64,000 nucleotides of DNA from Microbacterium sp. (GCF_049650565.1 NZ_JBASAK010000054.1:3218-67217); one strand, 5' to 3'. Counted from the first letter of the stretch, positions 19,660-28,660 are shown. Translations and numbers: made by a program. Notes: generated by a model not told the origin, from the letters alone.

Positions 19660-20373
19660 TCAGACCACGCCGGTGGTGCCGAGCAGGGTGCCGATCAGCC
19701 AGGTGGCGCCCAGCGCGAGTGCGCCGCCGACCACCAGACGCAGGGATGCCCGGATCGGGTTCGCACCGCCGATCCTCGCGGAGATGAACCCCGTCAGCCA
19801 CAGTGCGACCAGCACGGCGAGGAACGTGATGGGCACCCGCACCGAAGGAGGCGGCAGCAGAATGGCCAGCAACGGCAGCAGTGCGCCGATCGTGAACGAG
19901 ATGGCCGACGAGATCGCGGCGTGCCAGGGGTTGACCAGGTCGTTCTGATCGATCCCCAGCTCCACCTCCAGGTGCGCGGCCAGGGCATCGTGCTCGGTGA
20001 GCTCGACCGCCACCTGGCGAGCGGTCTGCTCGCTGAGCCCCCGCTCGCGGTACAGGTCGACGAGCTCCGCGAGCTCCTCGTCGGGCATGGTGCGCAGCTC
20101 TTCGCGCTCCTTGTGGATCAGCGCCTGCTCGGTGTCGCGCTGGCTGCTGACCGACACGTACTCGCCCAGGGCCATCGAGATCGCACCGCCGACCAGGCCA
20201 GCCAGGCCCGCCACCAGCAGAGCGGCGTTGTCGGTGGTGGCGCCGGCCACGCCGACCACCAGCGACGCCACCGAGACGATGCCGTCGTTCGCGCCGAGCA
20301 CACCCGCCCGCAGCCAGTTCAGTCGTTGGCTCAGGCCGGCCCCGTGTGGCTCGTCGTCATGCGCATCCGTCAT
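19660..20373 (-). CDS. VIT1/CCC1 family iron/manganese transporter
   Basis: The motifs are LNWLRAGVLGANDGIVSVASLVVGVAGA and GGAISMALGEYVSVSSQRD, followed by C-terminal transmembrane helices. Confidence 0.85.
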   Translation of the reverse strand: MTDAHDDEPHGAGLSQRLNWLRAGVLGANDGIVSVASLVVGVAGATTDNAALLVAGLAGLVGGAISMALGEYVSVSSQRDTEQALIHKEREELRTMPDEELAELVDLYRERGLSEQTARQVAVELTEHDALAAHLEVELGIDQNDLVNPWHAAISSAISFTIGALLPLLAILLPPPSVRVPITFLAVLVALWLTGFISARIGGANPIRASLRLVVGGALALGATWLIGTLLGTTGVV

Positions 20374-20456
20374 GGTGACAGTGTAGGGAAAACCCGAATC
20401 CAGCTGGGGGGCTGGCCCCGTGTCGCCGGCATGCGCGTCACCGTAGCGTATTAGCC

Positions 20457-21767
20457 ATGACCACGAATCCGACTCCCCTGGTGCCGCCGACAGCGGCTCC
20501 CGCCGCAGGACGGCCGGCGGATGCCGAACGACCGCCGTTGCGCATCCTCCTGACCATCCTCGAACTCGCCGCGCTCGGCGTGGTCGGATCCGCGGTGCTG
20601 GGCATCCTGTCCGCGGCCCTCGGCGTGGGACTGGGCATGCTGTTCGTCCTCGGCGCCGGCGTGTTCGTGCTGCTGGGGCTCGTCTACGCGCTCTACGGCG
20701 TGGCGTGGTTCGAGGTGCGCCGGGTCGGCGACCTGTACGCGCAGGACCTGACGGATCTGCAGTGGCGTCCGCGGACGCGCCCCGGATTCTGGGGCTGGGT
20801 GCGCAACGTCGCCCGGCAGAGCATCGACGGACGCATGTGGAAGGTCATCCTCAACTTCGTGCTGGCCGCCGTCGCCGGAACGATCGTGCTGCGCCTGGCC
20901 TGGGGCGCGGTGTGGTCGGGCTTCACCGCTTTCGCGCCACTGACCGGCCGGGGCGAGGTGGAGGGCCCGTGGGGTTCCCTCATCGCCACCCCGTGGGCTC
21001 CGCTCGTCGGCATCCTGGGCGTGCTCGCCTCGCTGGCCGGCATCGTGGGCCTGGCACTGCTGCACCGCACGCTCAGCCGGAGTCTGGTCATCCCCGACCG
21101 CGCCGCTCAGCTGAGCGAGCAGGTGCGCACCACGTCAGCGCAGCGGGAGGGCGCCGTCCGCGCGGCCGATCTGGAGCGCACCCGCATCGAACGCGACCTG
21201 CACGACGGCGTCCAGCCGCGGCTGGTCTCGGTGGGCATGACGCTCGGACTCGCACAGCAGAAGATCGACACCGATCCGGTGGCGGCGAAGGCCCTGATCG
21301 ACGAGGCGCACACCTCCACCAAGGCCGCCATCACCGAGCTGCGGCAGCTGGCCCGCGGCATCCACACCTCCGTGCTCGACGACCGCGGTCTGGACGCCGC
21401 GCTCTCGGCGCTGGCCGGCCGGTCGCACATCCCCGTGCAGCTGGACGTGCGCATCGAGCCCGGCGTGACAGGTGCGGGCAGCGGATGCCGGGATGCCGAG
21501 GCCGCCGTGTACTTCGCCATCGCGGAGTCGCTGACCAACGCGGCCAAGCACTCCCGGGCCAGCGAGTGCCGCATCGTGGTGCGCTCACGTGACGGCGGGC
21601 TGTGGGCGCGCGTCGAGGACAACGGCATGGGCGGCGCGCAGGTGCAGCCCGGAGGCGGACTGGACGGCATCACCAACCGCATCCTCGCCGCCGGCGGCAC
21701 GTTCCGCCTGGACAGCCCCGCCGGCGGCCCGACCAGCCTGGAGGTGATGGTGCCATGCGCATCCTGA
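20457..21767 (+). CDS. sensor histidine kinase (HisKA_3/NarL-partner type)
   Basis: The product has an N-terminal multi-TM region, the H-box RIERDLHDGVQPRL, the N-box AESLTNAAKHS, and the G-box VEDNGMGG. Confidence 0.88.
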   Translation: MTTNPTPLVPPTAAPAAGRPADAERPPLRILLTILELAALGVVGSAVLGILSAALGVGLGMLFVLGAGVFVLLGLVYALYGVAWFEVRRVGDLYAQDLTDLQWRPRTRPGFWGWVRNVARQSIDGRMWKVILNFVLAAVAGTIVLRLAWGAVWSGFTAFAPLTGRGEVEGPWGSLIATPWAPLVGILGVLASLAGIVGLALLHRTLSRSLVIPDRAAQLSEQVRTTSAQREGAVRAADLERTRIERDLHDGVQPRLVSVGMTLGLAQQKIDTDPVAAKALIDEAHTSTKAAITELRQLARGIHTSVLDDRGLDAALSALAGRSHIPVQLDVRIEPGVTGAGSGCRDAEAAVYFAIAESLTNAAKHSRASECRIVVRSRDGGLWARVEDNGMGGAQVQPGGGLDGITNRILAAGGTFRLDSPAGGPTSLEVMVPCAS

Positions 21768-22441
21768 TCTGCGAGGATTCCGTCCTGCTCCGCGAGGGCC
21801 TGGTTCGCCTGCTGGAGGATGCCGGTCACGAGGTGATCGCCGCCCTCCCGGACACCCACGGACTCACGGATGCCGTGGTCGAGAAGAATCCTGAGCTGTG
21901 CATCCTGGACGTGCGGCTGCCGCCGACGTTCACCGACGAGGGCATCCGCGCGGCGCTGGAGATCCGCGCCGCGCATCCGTCCCTCCCCCTGCTGGTGCTC
22001 TCCCAGTACGTCGAGGAGCGCTACGCGAGCGACTTGATCGCGGCGCAGGGCGGGGCGCTCGGCTACCTGCTGAAGGACCGGGTGGCGGATGTCGCCGAGT
22101 TCATCGAATCCGTCCGGCGGATCGAGGCGGGCGCCACCGTGCTCGACCCCGAGGTGGTCGCGCAGCTGCTGACGCGCCGCAACAGAGACGAGCGGATGCT
22201 GCGCCTGACCGAGCGCGAGCGCACCGTGCTCGCGCTGATCGCGGAGGGCAAGCAGAACAGCACGATCGCCGAGCTGCTGTTCCTCAGCGAGGCCAGCGTC
22301 GAGAAGCACATCACGGCCATCTTCCAGAAACTCGGGCTGGAGCCCGAAGACGGCAACCGGCGGGTGCTCGCAGCACTCGCCCACATCGAGAGCACCGGAT
22401 CTGCGGATGCCGGACACGAGACTCAGGGAGGTCTGCGATGA
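21755..22441 (+). CDS. LuxR/NarL-family response regulator
   Basis: The receiver domain is MRILICEDSVLLREGL...ILDVRLPP. The HTH is LTERERTVLALIAEGKQNSTIAELLFLSEASVEKHITAIFQKLG. The ATG overlaps the kinase 3' end. Confidence 0.92.
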   Translation: MRILICEDSVLLREGLVRLLEDAGHEVIAALPDTHGLTDAVVEKNPELCILDVRLPPTFTDEGIRAALEIRAAHPSLPLLVLSQYVEERYASDLIAAQGGALGYLLKDRVADVAEFIESVRRIEAGATVLDPEVVAQLLTRRNRDERMLRLTERERTVLALIAEGKQNSTIAELLFLSEASVEKHITAIFQKLGLEPEDGNRRVLAALAHIESTGSADAGHETQGGLR

Positions 22442-23232
22442 GCAGCACGAAGAAGAGCGTCGGAGCGCTCACGGTGGTTCTGGCGGTGGTCGGCGGCGTG
22501 GCGCTGCTGGGCGCCGGAGGGACGGCGGCGTTCGCGGGGGCGCGGCAGATGGTGACCTCGGACGGCGCCCTGCAGGCCGACGTGCAGGGGGTCTCGTCGC
22601 TGGACCTCGAAGTCGGCGTCGCGGATGTGACCGTGGAGTTCAGCGCCGGAGTGGAGAAGGCCGAGCTGACCATCGAGCGGGGCTCCATCAGCGGCTGGTC
22701 AGTGAATCGCGACGGCGATGAGCTGAAGGTCCGCAGCCCGAGAACCGATTTCTGGGTGTTCCGCCCGTTCTGGACAGGGGAGGACCAGCGCGCCACGCTG
22801 CTGCTGCCGGAGTCGCTGCGCGGCATCGACGCTGACCTCACCCTGGATGCGGGATCCCTCTCGGTCGACGGGGACTTCGCCGAACTGGACCTGAGCGTGA
22901 GCGCCGGAGCGCTCACCGTCACCGGGACGGCGAGGGCGGTGGATGCCGAGGTGAGCGCCGGCCGCGCAGAGCTGAACTTGGGTCGCGCGCAGACCGTGGA
23001 GTACACGATCAGCGCCGGGCGGCTGACCTCGACGCTGACGACCGTGCCGGACGAGGTCGACATCGAGGCGTCGGCCGGCGCCGCGCAGGTGACGCTGCCG
23101 AGGGCGGAGTACGACGTGCGGCGCGAGCTCTCCGCCGGATCGCTGGACAGCCGTCTCACGGAGCGGCCCGGCAGCGGACACGTGGTGAAGGTCTCCGCCT
23201 CGGCCGGCAGCGTGACTCTGCGCGAGGGATGA
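22438..23232 (+). CDS. DUF4097-type beta-strand repeat protein (LiaG-like) with N-terminal signal/anchor
   Basis: The ATG overlaps the regulator stop (ATGA). The product has repeated xSAGxhxh strands: VSAGALTV, VSAGRAEL, ISAGRLTS, ASAGAAQV, LSAGSLDS and ASAGSVTL. Confidence 0.75.
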   Translation: MSSTKKSVGALTVVLAVVGGVALLGAGGTAAFAGARQMVTSDGALQADVQGVSSLDLEVGVADVTVEFSAGVEKAELTIERGSISGWSVNRDGDELKVRSPRTDFWVFRPFWTGEDQRATLLLPESLRGIDADLTLDAGSLSVDGDFAELDLSVSAGALTVTGTARAVDAEVSAGRAELNLGRAQTVEYTISAGRLTSTLTTVPDEVDIEASAGAAQVTLPRAEYDVRRELSAGSLDSRLTERPGSGHVVKVSASAGSVTLREG

Positions 23233-23250
23233 CTCCGCGCGAGGGATGAC
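23220..23250. repeat. 17-bp-period direct duplication spanning the stop codon of the DUF4097 gene
   Basis: GCGCGAGGGATGAC occurs at 23220-23233 and again at 23237-23250. Confidence 0.8.
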
Positions 23251-23282
23251 CGGGTGGGCGGAGACGCGGCCCCGCCCACCCG
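23251..23282 (+). terminator. GC-rich hairpin after the two-component operon, with no U-tract
   Basis: The stem is CGGGTGGGCGG / CCGCCCACCCG (11 bp) with a 10-nt loop. Confidence 0.5.
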
Positions 23283-23363
23283 GCGCGCCACGCCCGGCGT
23301 GCGCGCGGTGGTCGCCCGATTCGCTTTTCACCCGCGAGATCCGGTAAAGTCTTGGAGGTTGAC

Positions 23364-23437
23364 GGGGCTATAGCTCAGGCGGTTAGAGCGCTTCACTGAT
23401 AATGAAGAGGTCCCAGGTTCAAGTCCTGGTAGCCCCA
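23364..23437 (+). tRNA. tRNA-Ile (anticodon GAT)
   Basis: I folded GGGGCTATAGCTCAGGCGGTTAGAGCGCTTCACTGATAATGAAGAGGTCCCAGGTTCAAGTCCTGGTAGCCCCA by hand. It gives a 7-bp acceptor stem, the anticodon loop CTGATAA, and a T-arm with GGTTCAAGTCC. Confidence 0.95.
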
Positions 23438-23474
23438 CTCCGTTCGCGGAACTCCTGCGGTGTCCGCGCCGTTC

Positions 23475-23547
23475 GGGGCCTTAGCTCAGTTGGTAGAGCG
23501 CCGCCTTTGCAAGGCGGATGTCAGGAGTTCGAATCTCCTAGGCTCCA
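23475..23547 (+). tRNA. tRNA-Ala (anticodon TGC)
   Basis: The sequence is GGGGCCTTAGCTCAGTTGGTAGAGCGCCGCCTTTGCAAGGCGGATGTCAGGAGTTCGAATCTCCTAGGCTCCA. It has the G3-U70 Ala identity pair and the anticodon loop TTTGCAA. Confidence 0.95.
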
Positions 23548-23555
23548 CAGTCAGG

Positions 23556-23586
23556 GCCCCGGCATATGCTGGGGCTTCTTGTTTCT
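23556..23586 (+). terminator. terminator after the tRNA pair
   Basis: The hairpin is GCCCCGG / loop CATATG / CTGGGGC, followed by TTCTTGTTTCT. Confidence 0.6.
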
Positions 23587-23698
23587 GCGCCGCAGTCGTA
23601 TCCTTCCGGGATCACACCCACCCGGGAAGAGCCCATCGGGCGCTCTGCGTGCAGTCGCCGGGATCGGCGACGGACAGCCCACCGTCCCGCAGTGCAGC

Positions 23699-24538
23699 TC
23701 AGCCCGGCCCCGTGAGGTGGTCGAAGTCGCCGCGCACCCAGGCGGCGTGCCGTCGTGCCGACGCGAACATCTTCTCGCGCGCACCGCTCGCGAGCCGGTG
23801 CCGGAAGTTTCCGTACAGACGATCGAACTCGTAGCGACCCACGTGCGCGGCGATGCGCTCGGCCACGGCGCCCGAGAGCGGCAGGTGGTTCGGGTACGAG
23901 CGCATGAACGTCACGGTCTCATGGTCGGGGTTCACGAACATGGTGTCGCCGGCCAGCACCACGCCCGCCCCGTCCCGCCCCGACCAGTGCACCACCACGC
24001 TGCCGGGGAAGTGCCCTCCCGGCTGAGAGGCCACGACGCCGGGAACGATCTCGATCGTGTCATCCCACACCCGCAGCTGGGCGGGTTCGTAGCCGAGCCA
24101 GGTGCGATCCAGCGTCGACACGTAGACGGGGGCATCGCCGAGCGCGTGCGACCACGCGGACTGCAGGCCGTACATGTGCGGATGCGATGCGATGATCCCG
24201 TGCACGTCGCCCAGTCGGCGCACGGCGTCCACCGCCTCGCTCGTGATCGCGCCGGGAACGTCGAACAGGACGTTTCCGCCGTCGGTCACGATCAGCTTGG
24301 CCTGCTGGCCGATACCGACACCGTCCAGGACATCGATGCCCCACAGTCCCGGCTCGCGCTCAGTCAGCTCGATGCGGCCGGTGAAGTCGGCGGGGTCCAC
24401 CCACCGCTGCCCGCCTTCGCCGACGTACTGGCGCTCGTCGGCGCAGATCGGACAGACGTCGGGCAGGCCGTCCGTGGACCGCTCGACACCGCAGGTCGCG
24501 CACTGAACGAGGTGAGGAGGAAATTCTGTCATAGTCAT
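23699..24538 (-). CDS. MBL-fold metallo-hydrolase with an N-terminal Cys4 zinc-ribbon-like motif
   Basis: The motifs are CATCGV...CPICADERQY followed by HGIIASHPHMYG (HxHxDH-like). The start is taken at MTMTEF (24538), because the longer ORF would start inside the SoxR box. Confidence 0.8.
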   Translation of the reverse strand: MTMTEFPPHLVQCATCGVERSTDGLPDVCPICADERQYVGEGGQRWVDPADFTGRIELTEREPGLWGIDVLDGVGIGQQAKLIVTDGGNVLFDVPGAITSEAVDAVRRLGDVHGIIASHPHMYGLQSAWSHALGDAPVYVSTLDRTWLGYEPAQLRVWDDTIEIVPGVVASQPGGHFPGSVVVHWSGRDGAGVVLAGDTMFVNPDHETVTFMRSYPNHLPLSGAVAERIAAHVGRYEFDRLYGNFRHRLASGAREKMFASARRHAAWVRGDFDHLTGPG

Positions 24539-24551
24539 GAGGCCAGCATCC

Positions 24552-24572
24552 GACTTCAAGCGCACTTGAAGT
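24552..24572. promoter_or_regulatory. SoxR-box-like perfect inverted repeat
   Basis: GACTTCAAG-CGC-CTTGAAGTC has 9-bp perfect arms and resembles the ACCTCAAG-N-CTTGAGGT SoxR operator. It lies 14 nt from each of the two divergent start codons. Confidence 0.7.
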
Positions 24573-24586
24573 CAACCCCACCTGCG

Positions 24587-25045
24587 ATGCAGACTCGTGT
24601 CGTGCTGAATGACGAGCTCACGATCGGCGAGGTCGCGGACCGCGCGGGCGTTGCGACGTCGGCGATCCGCCACTATGAGCAGCTGGGGCTGCTCACCAGC
24701 ACGCGCACGACCGGCAATCAGCGGCGCTTCGCGCGCTCCGTGCTGCGCCGGATCGCCGTGATCCAGGCCGCCCAGCACGTGGGACTCTCGCTCGCCGAGA
24801 TCAGGGATGCGTTCTCGCGGTTCCCCGCCGAGCACGCCCCTACCAAGCGCGACTGGGCGCGGCTCGCCCGCGAATGGCGTCCCCGGCTCGATCGTCGCAT
24901 CGCCGAGCTCGAGCAGGTGCGCAACGGCCTGGCGATGTGTGTGGGATGCGGATGCCTGTCCATGCGCCAGTGCGCCATCTACAACCCCGACGATGCTCTC
25001 GCCGAGGGCGGCTCGGGCGCGAGGCGGATCTTCCCGCCGCACTGA
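24587..25045 (+). CDS. soxR: redox-sensitive transcriptional activator SoxR (MerR family, 2Fe-2S)
   Basis: The product has the MerR HTH LTIGEVADRAGVATSAIRHYEQLGLL and the diagnostic cluster motif CVGCGCLSMRQCAIYNP. Confidence 0.92.
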   Translation: MQTRVVLNDELTIGEVADRAGVATSAIRHYEQLGLLTSTRTTGNQRRFARSVLRRIAVIQAAQHVGLSLAEIRDAFSRFPAEHAPTKRDWARLAREWRPRLDRRIAELEQVRNGLAMCVGCGCLSMRQCAIYNPDDALAEGGSGARRIFPPH

Positions 25046-25134
25046 TCCAACCCCTTGGCGACCATGTCGGGAACCTCAGCCTCAATGAGCTGCGTGCGGT
25101 CGACGCGGCTCTGCGTCTGGTGCTGAGTCTCTGA
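25042..25134 (+). pseudogene. possible relic of a PemK/MazF-type toxin C-terminus
   Basis: The frame reads LIQPLGDHVGNLSLNELRAVDAALRLVLSL-stop, which resembles the conserved C-terminal ending of MazF-family toxins. No upstream body of the gene is present, because soxR occupies that space. Confidence 0.3.
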
Positions 25135-25153
25135 TCGTCGAATCCGTGCCGGC

Positions 25154-25351
25154 TCACAGGGTCTGTCCCGCGAGGAAGTGCCAGCCCAGCCACCACCAGA
25201 TCACGATCACGGCGAGGCGCACGGCGCGGTCGGCCAGCAGCCGGTCGAAGAGCGCGGTGACGGTGGCCTCGCGGTCGCGCAGGCGGATGCGCCAGGACGC
25301 CAGCACCAGGGCTGCCGCGCAGAGCAGGAAGAACGCGGTGCTGACGATCAT
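25154..25351 (-). CDS. small membrane protein (65 aa), unknown function
   Basis: The sequence is MIVSTAFFLLCAAALVLASW...VIVIWWWLGWHFLAGQTL, with two hydrophobic segments. The ATG overlaps the stop of the upstream gene (ATGA). Confidence 0.6.
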   Translation of the reverse strand: MIVSTAFFLLCAAALVLASWRIRLRDREATVTALFDRLLADRAVRLAVIVIWWWLGWHFLAGQTL

Positions 25352-25983
25352 CGCGTCCCCCTCCCCCGCAGCACCAGGAACGCCCCGCACGCCAGCCAGG
25401 CCATCGCGAACACGGCCTTGCCGAGCGGCACGTCCATCAGCGGATCCACCAGGTCGCTGAGCGCGAAGCTCGGCTGCGTGGGGGCGATGCGCCCGACGAT
25501 GAACTGGGCCAGCTCCCACAGGCATCCGGCCACCAGGATCACCGCCCACGCCACCGCCAGCCGGCGCAGTCCCGGCGTCCACGGACGGACAGCGGATGCC
25601 GTGCCCGCCCATCCCGCGATCAGCGCGACCACCCCGGTCACCAGCACCGCCGCCACCATCCCGGCACTGTGCCGCGGCAGCAGAGCGACCGTCACGGTCA
25701 GCACGGTGGCGGTGATCACGACCACGCTCGTGTGCACGTGCCGGCCCGCGCGCTGCGGCATCAGGATGCCGGCGATGACCAGCACGATGGCCACGGCGAA
25801 CGCGACGGCGTCGAACGCGTCCCCACGCACGACCTGCACGATCCCGATCAGCGCCAGGATGATCAGCCAGCACACGACCGGCCAGCGCAGGGCGCGTGCG
25901 CTCTGCGATGACGCGTGCCCACCGGCATCCGATCCGGGCTTCATCAGTGCTCCCACCTGCATGGTAGAACGCGTGCAGGACAC
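25348..25983 (-). CDS. polytopic membrane protein, unknown function
   Basis: I see five or six hydrophobic helices. The start is ambiguous, with in-frame ATGs at 25983, 25962 and 25944. Confidence 0.6.
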   Translation of the reverse strand: MSCTRSTMQVGALMKPGSDAGGHASSQSARALRWPVVCWLIILALIGIVQVVRGDAFDAVAFAVAIVLVIAGILMPQRAGRHVHTSVVVITATVLTVTVALLPRHSAGMVAAVLVTGVVALIAGWAGTASAVRPWTPGLRRLAVAWAVILVAGCLWELAQFIVGRIAPTQPSFALSDLVDPLMDVPLGKAVFAMAWLACGAFLVLRGRGTR

Positions 25984-26100
25984 GAGTCAGCCTGGATCAC
26001 AAACGCATCGCGGACCACGAACTCCGATGCACCGTTGATCCATCCTGCGCAGGAAGGCGTGCGAGAGGTTCCGCTTCGTGGAAGCCGGGTACCGAAACGC

Positions 26101-27018
26101 TCAGGCGGCCGGCTGCGCGGCCGCCTCCATGATGGGGCGGTAGCCGCCGCCGCGGATGTCGTCCAGCAGTGAGCCGCCTGCCGGCGTCCAGGCGAACGTC
26201 GTCCTGGCTCTGTCGCCGTCGAGCGTGCCCGGCGCTCCGAGGATCAGCGCCAGCGGACCCAGCACGTCGGCCGCACTCGCCGGAGACAGTGACACCGGCT
26301 GCGCACCCGTGAGGGCGCTGATCGCCTCGGCGAGCTCGCGCTGCGTGAACGGATGGGCGCCCTTGGCGTTGTACACGCCGGCGCGGGGCTTCGCCAGCGC
26401 CGCGAGGTAGAGGCTCGCGAGGTCGTCGACATCGATCGCGTCCCAGACCTGAGCGCCGTCGCCGATGTACCCGGCGGTCCCCGAGGATGCGGCGCCGGCG
26501 ATCAGGCCCGTCAGCAGTCCCGAGCCGCCGCGACCGTGCACGAGCGCCACGCGCATCACGATAGGGGTGATGCCGGCGGTGCCGAGGAGCTCACGTTCGG
26601 CGTGCGCCTTGACGGGCTGGGCGCTGCGCTCAGGAAGCCGTGCGTCTTCGTGCCGCTCCTGGCCGGGGTCGATGCCGTAGACCAGAGCGGTGCTCGTGTA
26701 CAGCACCGGCTTGCCGCTGCCCGACGCGCCCGCACCGGCGGCGAGGGCACGGATCGCCGTGAGCTCGGTCGCTGCCGCATCCTCGGACATCGTGGTGTCG
26801 AACGCTGCGTGGATCACGGCATCCGCTCTCACCGCAGCGGCGCGGAGCAGCTCGGCATCCGCCAGGGACCCATGCACGGCGCTCGCCCCTGCCTCCGTGA
26901 GCCGCGCGGCGCCGGCGGCGCTGCGCGTGAGCGCCTCGATGTCGTGCCCTGCGTCGATCAGATGCTCCAGCAGCACCGATCCCACGTATCCTGTGCCGCC
27001 CGTGAGGAAGATCTTCAT
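26101..27018 (-). CDS. NAD(P)-binding SDR/NmrA-like oxidoreductase or epimerase
   Basis: The N-terminal Rossmann fold is MKIFLTGGTGYVGSVLLEHL. An RBS precedes the ATG at 27018. The track ORF is over-extended to 27654. Confidence 0.8.
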   Translation of the reverse strand: MKIFLTGGTGYVGSVLLEHLIDAGHDIEALTRSAAGAARLTEAGASAVHGSLADAELLRAAAVRADAVIHAAFDTTMSEDAAATELTAIRALAAGAGASGSGKPVLYTSTALVYGIDPGQERHEDARLPERSAQPVKAHAERELLGTAGITPIVMRVALVHGRGGSGLLTGLIAGAASSGTAGYIGDGAQVWDAIDVDDLASLYLAALAKPRAGVYNAKGAHPFTQRELAEAISALTGAQPVSLSPASAADVLGPLALILGAPGTLDGDRARTTFAWTPAGGSLLDDIRGGGYRPIMEAAAQPAA

Positions 27019-27108
27019 TTCCGTCCTTTCCGTGCGAGCCCGCTGCCCGCCGGATTCGACGCTAAACTGTGACGCTGACGTCAAGGTCAAGTCGGAAGGC
27101 GGGATGCC

Positions 27109-27459
27109 GTGAGAATCGGAGAGCTCAGTCGCGAGACCGGTGCGAGCCCACGGGCGATCCGCTACTACGAGCAGACCGGGCTGCTGAAGTCGAAGCGCCG
27201 CACCAACGGGTACCGCGAGTTCGACGACGCCGCCGTCCAGACCGTCATCACGATCCGCACGCTGTTCGAGCTCGGATTCCCGTCCGAACTCGTCTCCCGC
27301 GTCCTTCCCTGCACGGGGGATTCGGGTCCGGTCGCCGGGGAATGCAGGGCGCTCATGCAGCGCGTCTCCGAGATCCGCGACGAGATGGATGCCAAGGCCC
27401 GGCGCCTCGACGCCACCCGCGATCAGCTGACCCGGTTCATCGCCGCGAATCAGCCGTAG
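27109..27459 (+). CDS. MerR family transcriptional regulator
   Basis: The HTH is MRIGELSRETGASPRAIRYYEQTGLL. The gene is divergent from the SDR gene across 90 bp. Confidence 0.88.
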   Translation: MRIGELSRETGASPRAIRYYEQTGLLKSKRRTNGYREFDDAAVQTVITIRTLFELGFPSELVSRVLPCTGDSGPVAGECRALMQRVSEIRDEMDAKARRLDATRDQLTRFIAANQP

Positions 27460-27529
27460 CCGGTACCCGGGCCTTCCACGTCGCGGAACGCCCCTGGCCG
27501 GACGCGGAGTGCAGTGCCAGCCTGGGAGC

Positions 27530-28660
27530 ATGAGCCTTCCCCACGACGACATCGACCCCGACGGCCTGCTGGAGTACTCGGTGGTCTTCACCGACCGCTC
27601 GCTCAACCACATGTCGGCGCGGTTCGTCGGCATCATGCAGCAGACGCTCGCCATCCTGTGCGAGACCTACGGCGCCGACAGCGCGGCCGTCGTCAATGGC
27701 GGTGGCAGCTACGCCATGGAGTCCGTCGCCCGGCACCTGGCCACCGGCAAGAAGGCCCTCGTCGTGCGCAACGGGCTGTTCTCGTATCGCTGGTCGCAGA
27801 TCCTCGAGCAGGGGTCCATCGCATCCGCCACGACGGTGTGCCAGGCCCGTCCCGACGGCGATGACCCGCAGGCCGCATGGAGTCCCGCGCCCATCGGCGA
27901 GGTCACGTCCGCCATCCGCTCAAGCCGACCGGATGTGGTCTTCGCCCCGCACGTGGAGACCGCCGCCGGCATCCTGCTCCCCGACGACTACGTGCGCGCC
28001 CTCGCCGACGCCGTGCACGAGGTCGGCGGTGTGCTGGTGCTGGACTGCATCGCCTCCGGCGCGATGTGGGTGGACATGCGCGCGCTCGACGTCGACGTGC
28101 TGCTGAGCGCTCCGCAGAAGGGCTGGTCGGGCACCCCGGCGGTCGGGTTCGTCATGCTCAACGAACGCGGGAGGGATGCCGTGGCCGCAGGCATCCCGAC
28201 CAGCTTCGCCCTGGACCTGAACCGCTGGCTGGCCATCTCCGACGGCTACCGCGACGGGAAAGCGGGCTACCATGCCACGATGCCCACCGACTCGATCGCG
28301 GCCAACCTCACGCAGATGATCGAGACCCGCGAGTGGGGCCTGGAGAACCTGCGCCGGGCGCAGATCGACCTCGGCACTCGGGTGCGTGCGCTGCTCGCCG
28401 AGCGCGGGCTGCCGTCGGTGGCGGCATCCGCCGTCGCCTCACCCAGCGTGGTCGTCGTGCACACCGCCGACGAGGGCCTGCGCACCGGCGCGGCCTTCAA
28501 GGCCCACGGCCTGCAGATCGCCGCCGGGGTGTCGCTGCACTGCGGCGAGCCGGAGTCGTTCTCCACGTTCCGGATGGGCCTGTTCGGCCTGGACAAGCTC
28601 GGCGATGTGGCCGGCACCGTCGCACGCCTGGCGGCTGCGCTCGACGCGATGGGCGTCTGA
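27530..28660 (+). CDS. class V pyridoxal-phosphate aminotransferase (alanine-glyoxylate/serine-pyruvate type)
   Basis: The product has LVLDCIASGA and the PLP-lysine context LLSAPQKGWSG. It is 376 aa from the ATG at 27530. Confidence 0.8.
   Translation: MSLPHDDIDPDGLLEYSVVFTDRSLNHMSARFVGIMQQTLAILCETYGADSAAVVNGGGSYAMESVARHLATGKKALVVRNGLFSYRWSQILEQGSIASATTVCQARPDGDDPQAAWSPAPIGEVTSAIRSSRPDVVFAPHVETAAGILLPDDYVRALADAVHEVGGVLVLDCIASGAMWVDMRALDVDVLLSAPQKGWSGTPAVGFVMLNERGRDAVAAGIPTSFALDLNRWLAISDGYRDGKAGYHATMPTDSIAANLTQMIETREWGLENLRRAQIDLGTRVRALLAERGLPSVAASAVASPSVVVVHTADEGLRTGAAFKAHGLQIAAGVSLHCGEPESFSTFRMGLFGLDKLGDVAGTVARLAAALDAMGV

Noticed and set aside
23402-25045. 547-aa plus-strand ORF
   Set aside because: This is a chimeric reading frame. 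It starts inside tRNA-Ile, crosses tRNA-Ala, and runs antisense through the MBL gene. Only its last 152 codons, which are soxR, are credible.
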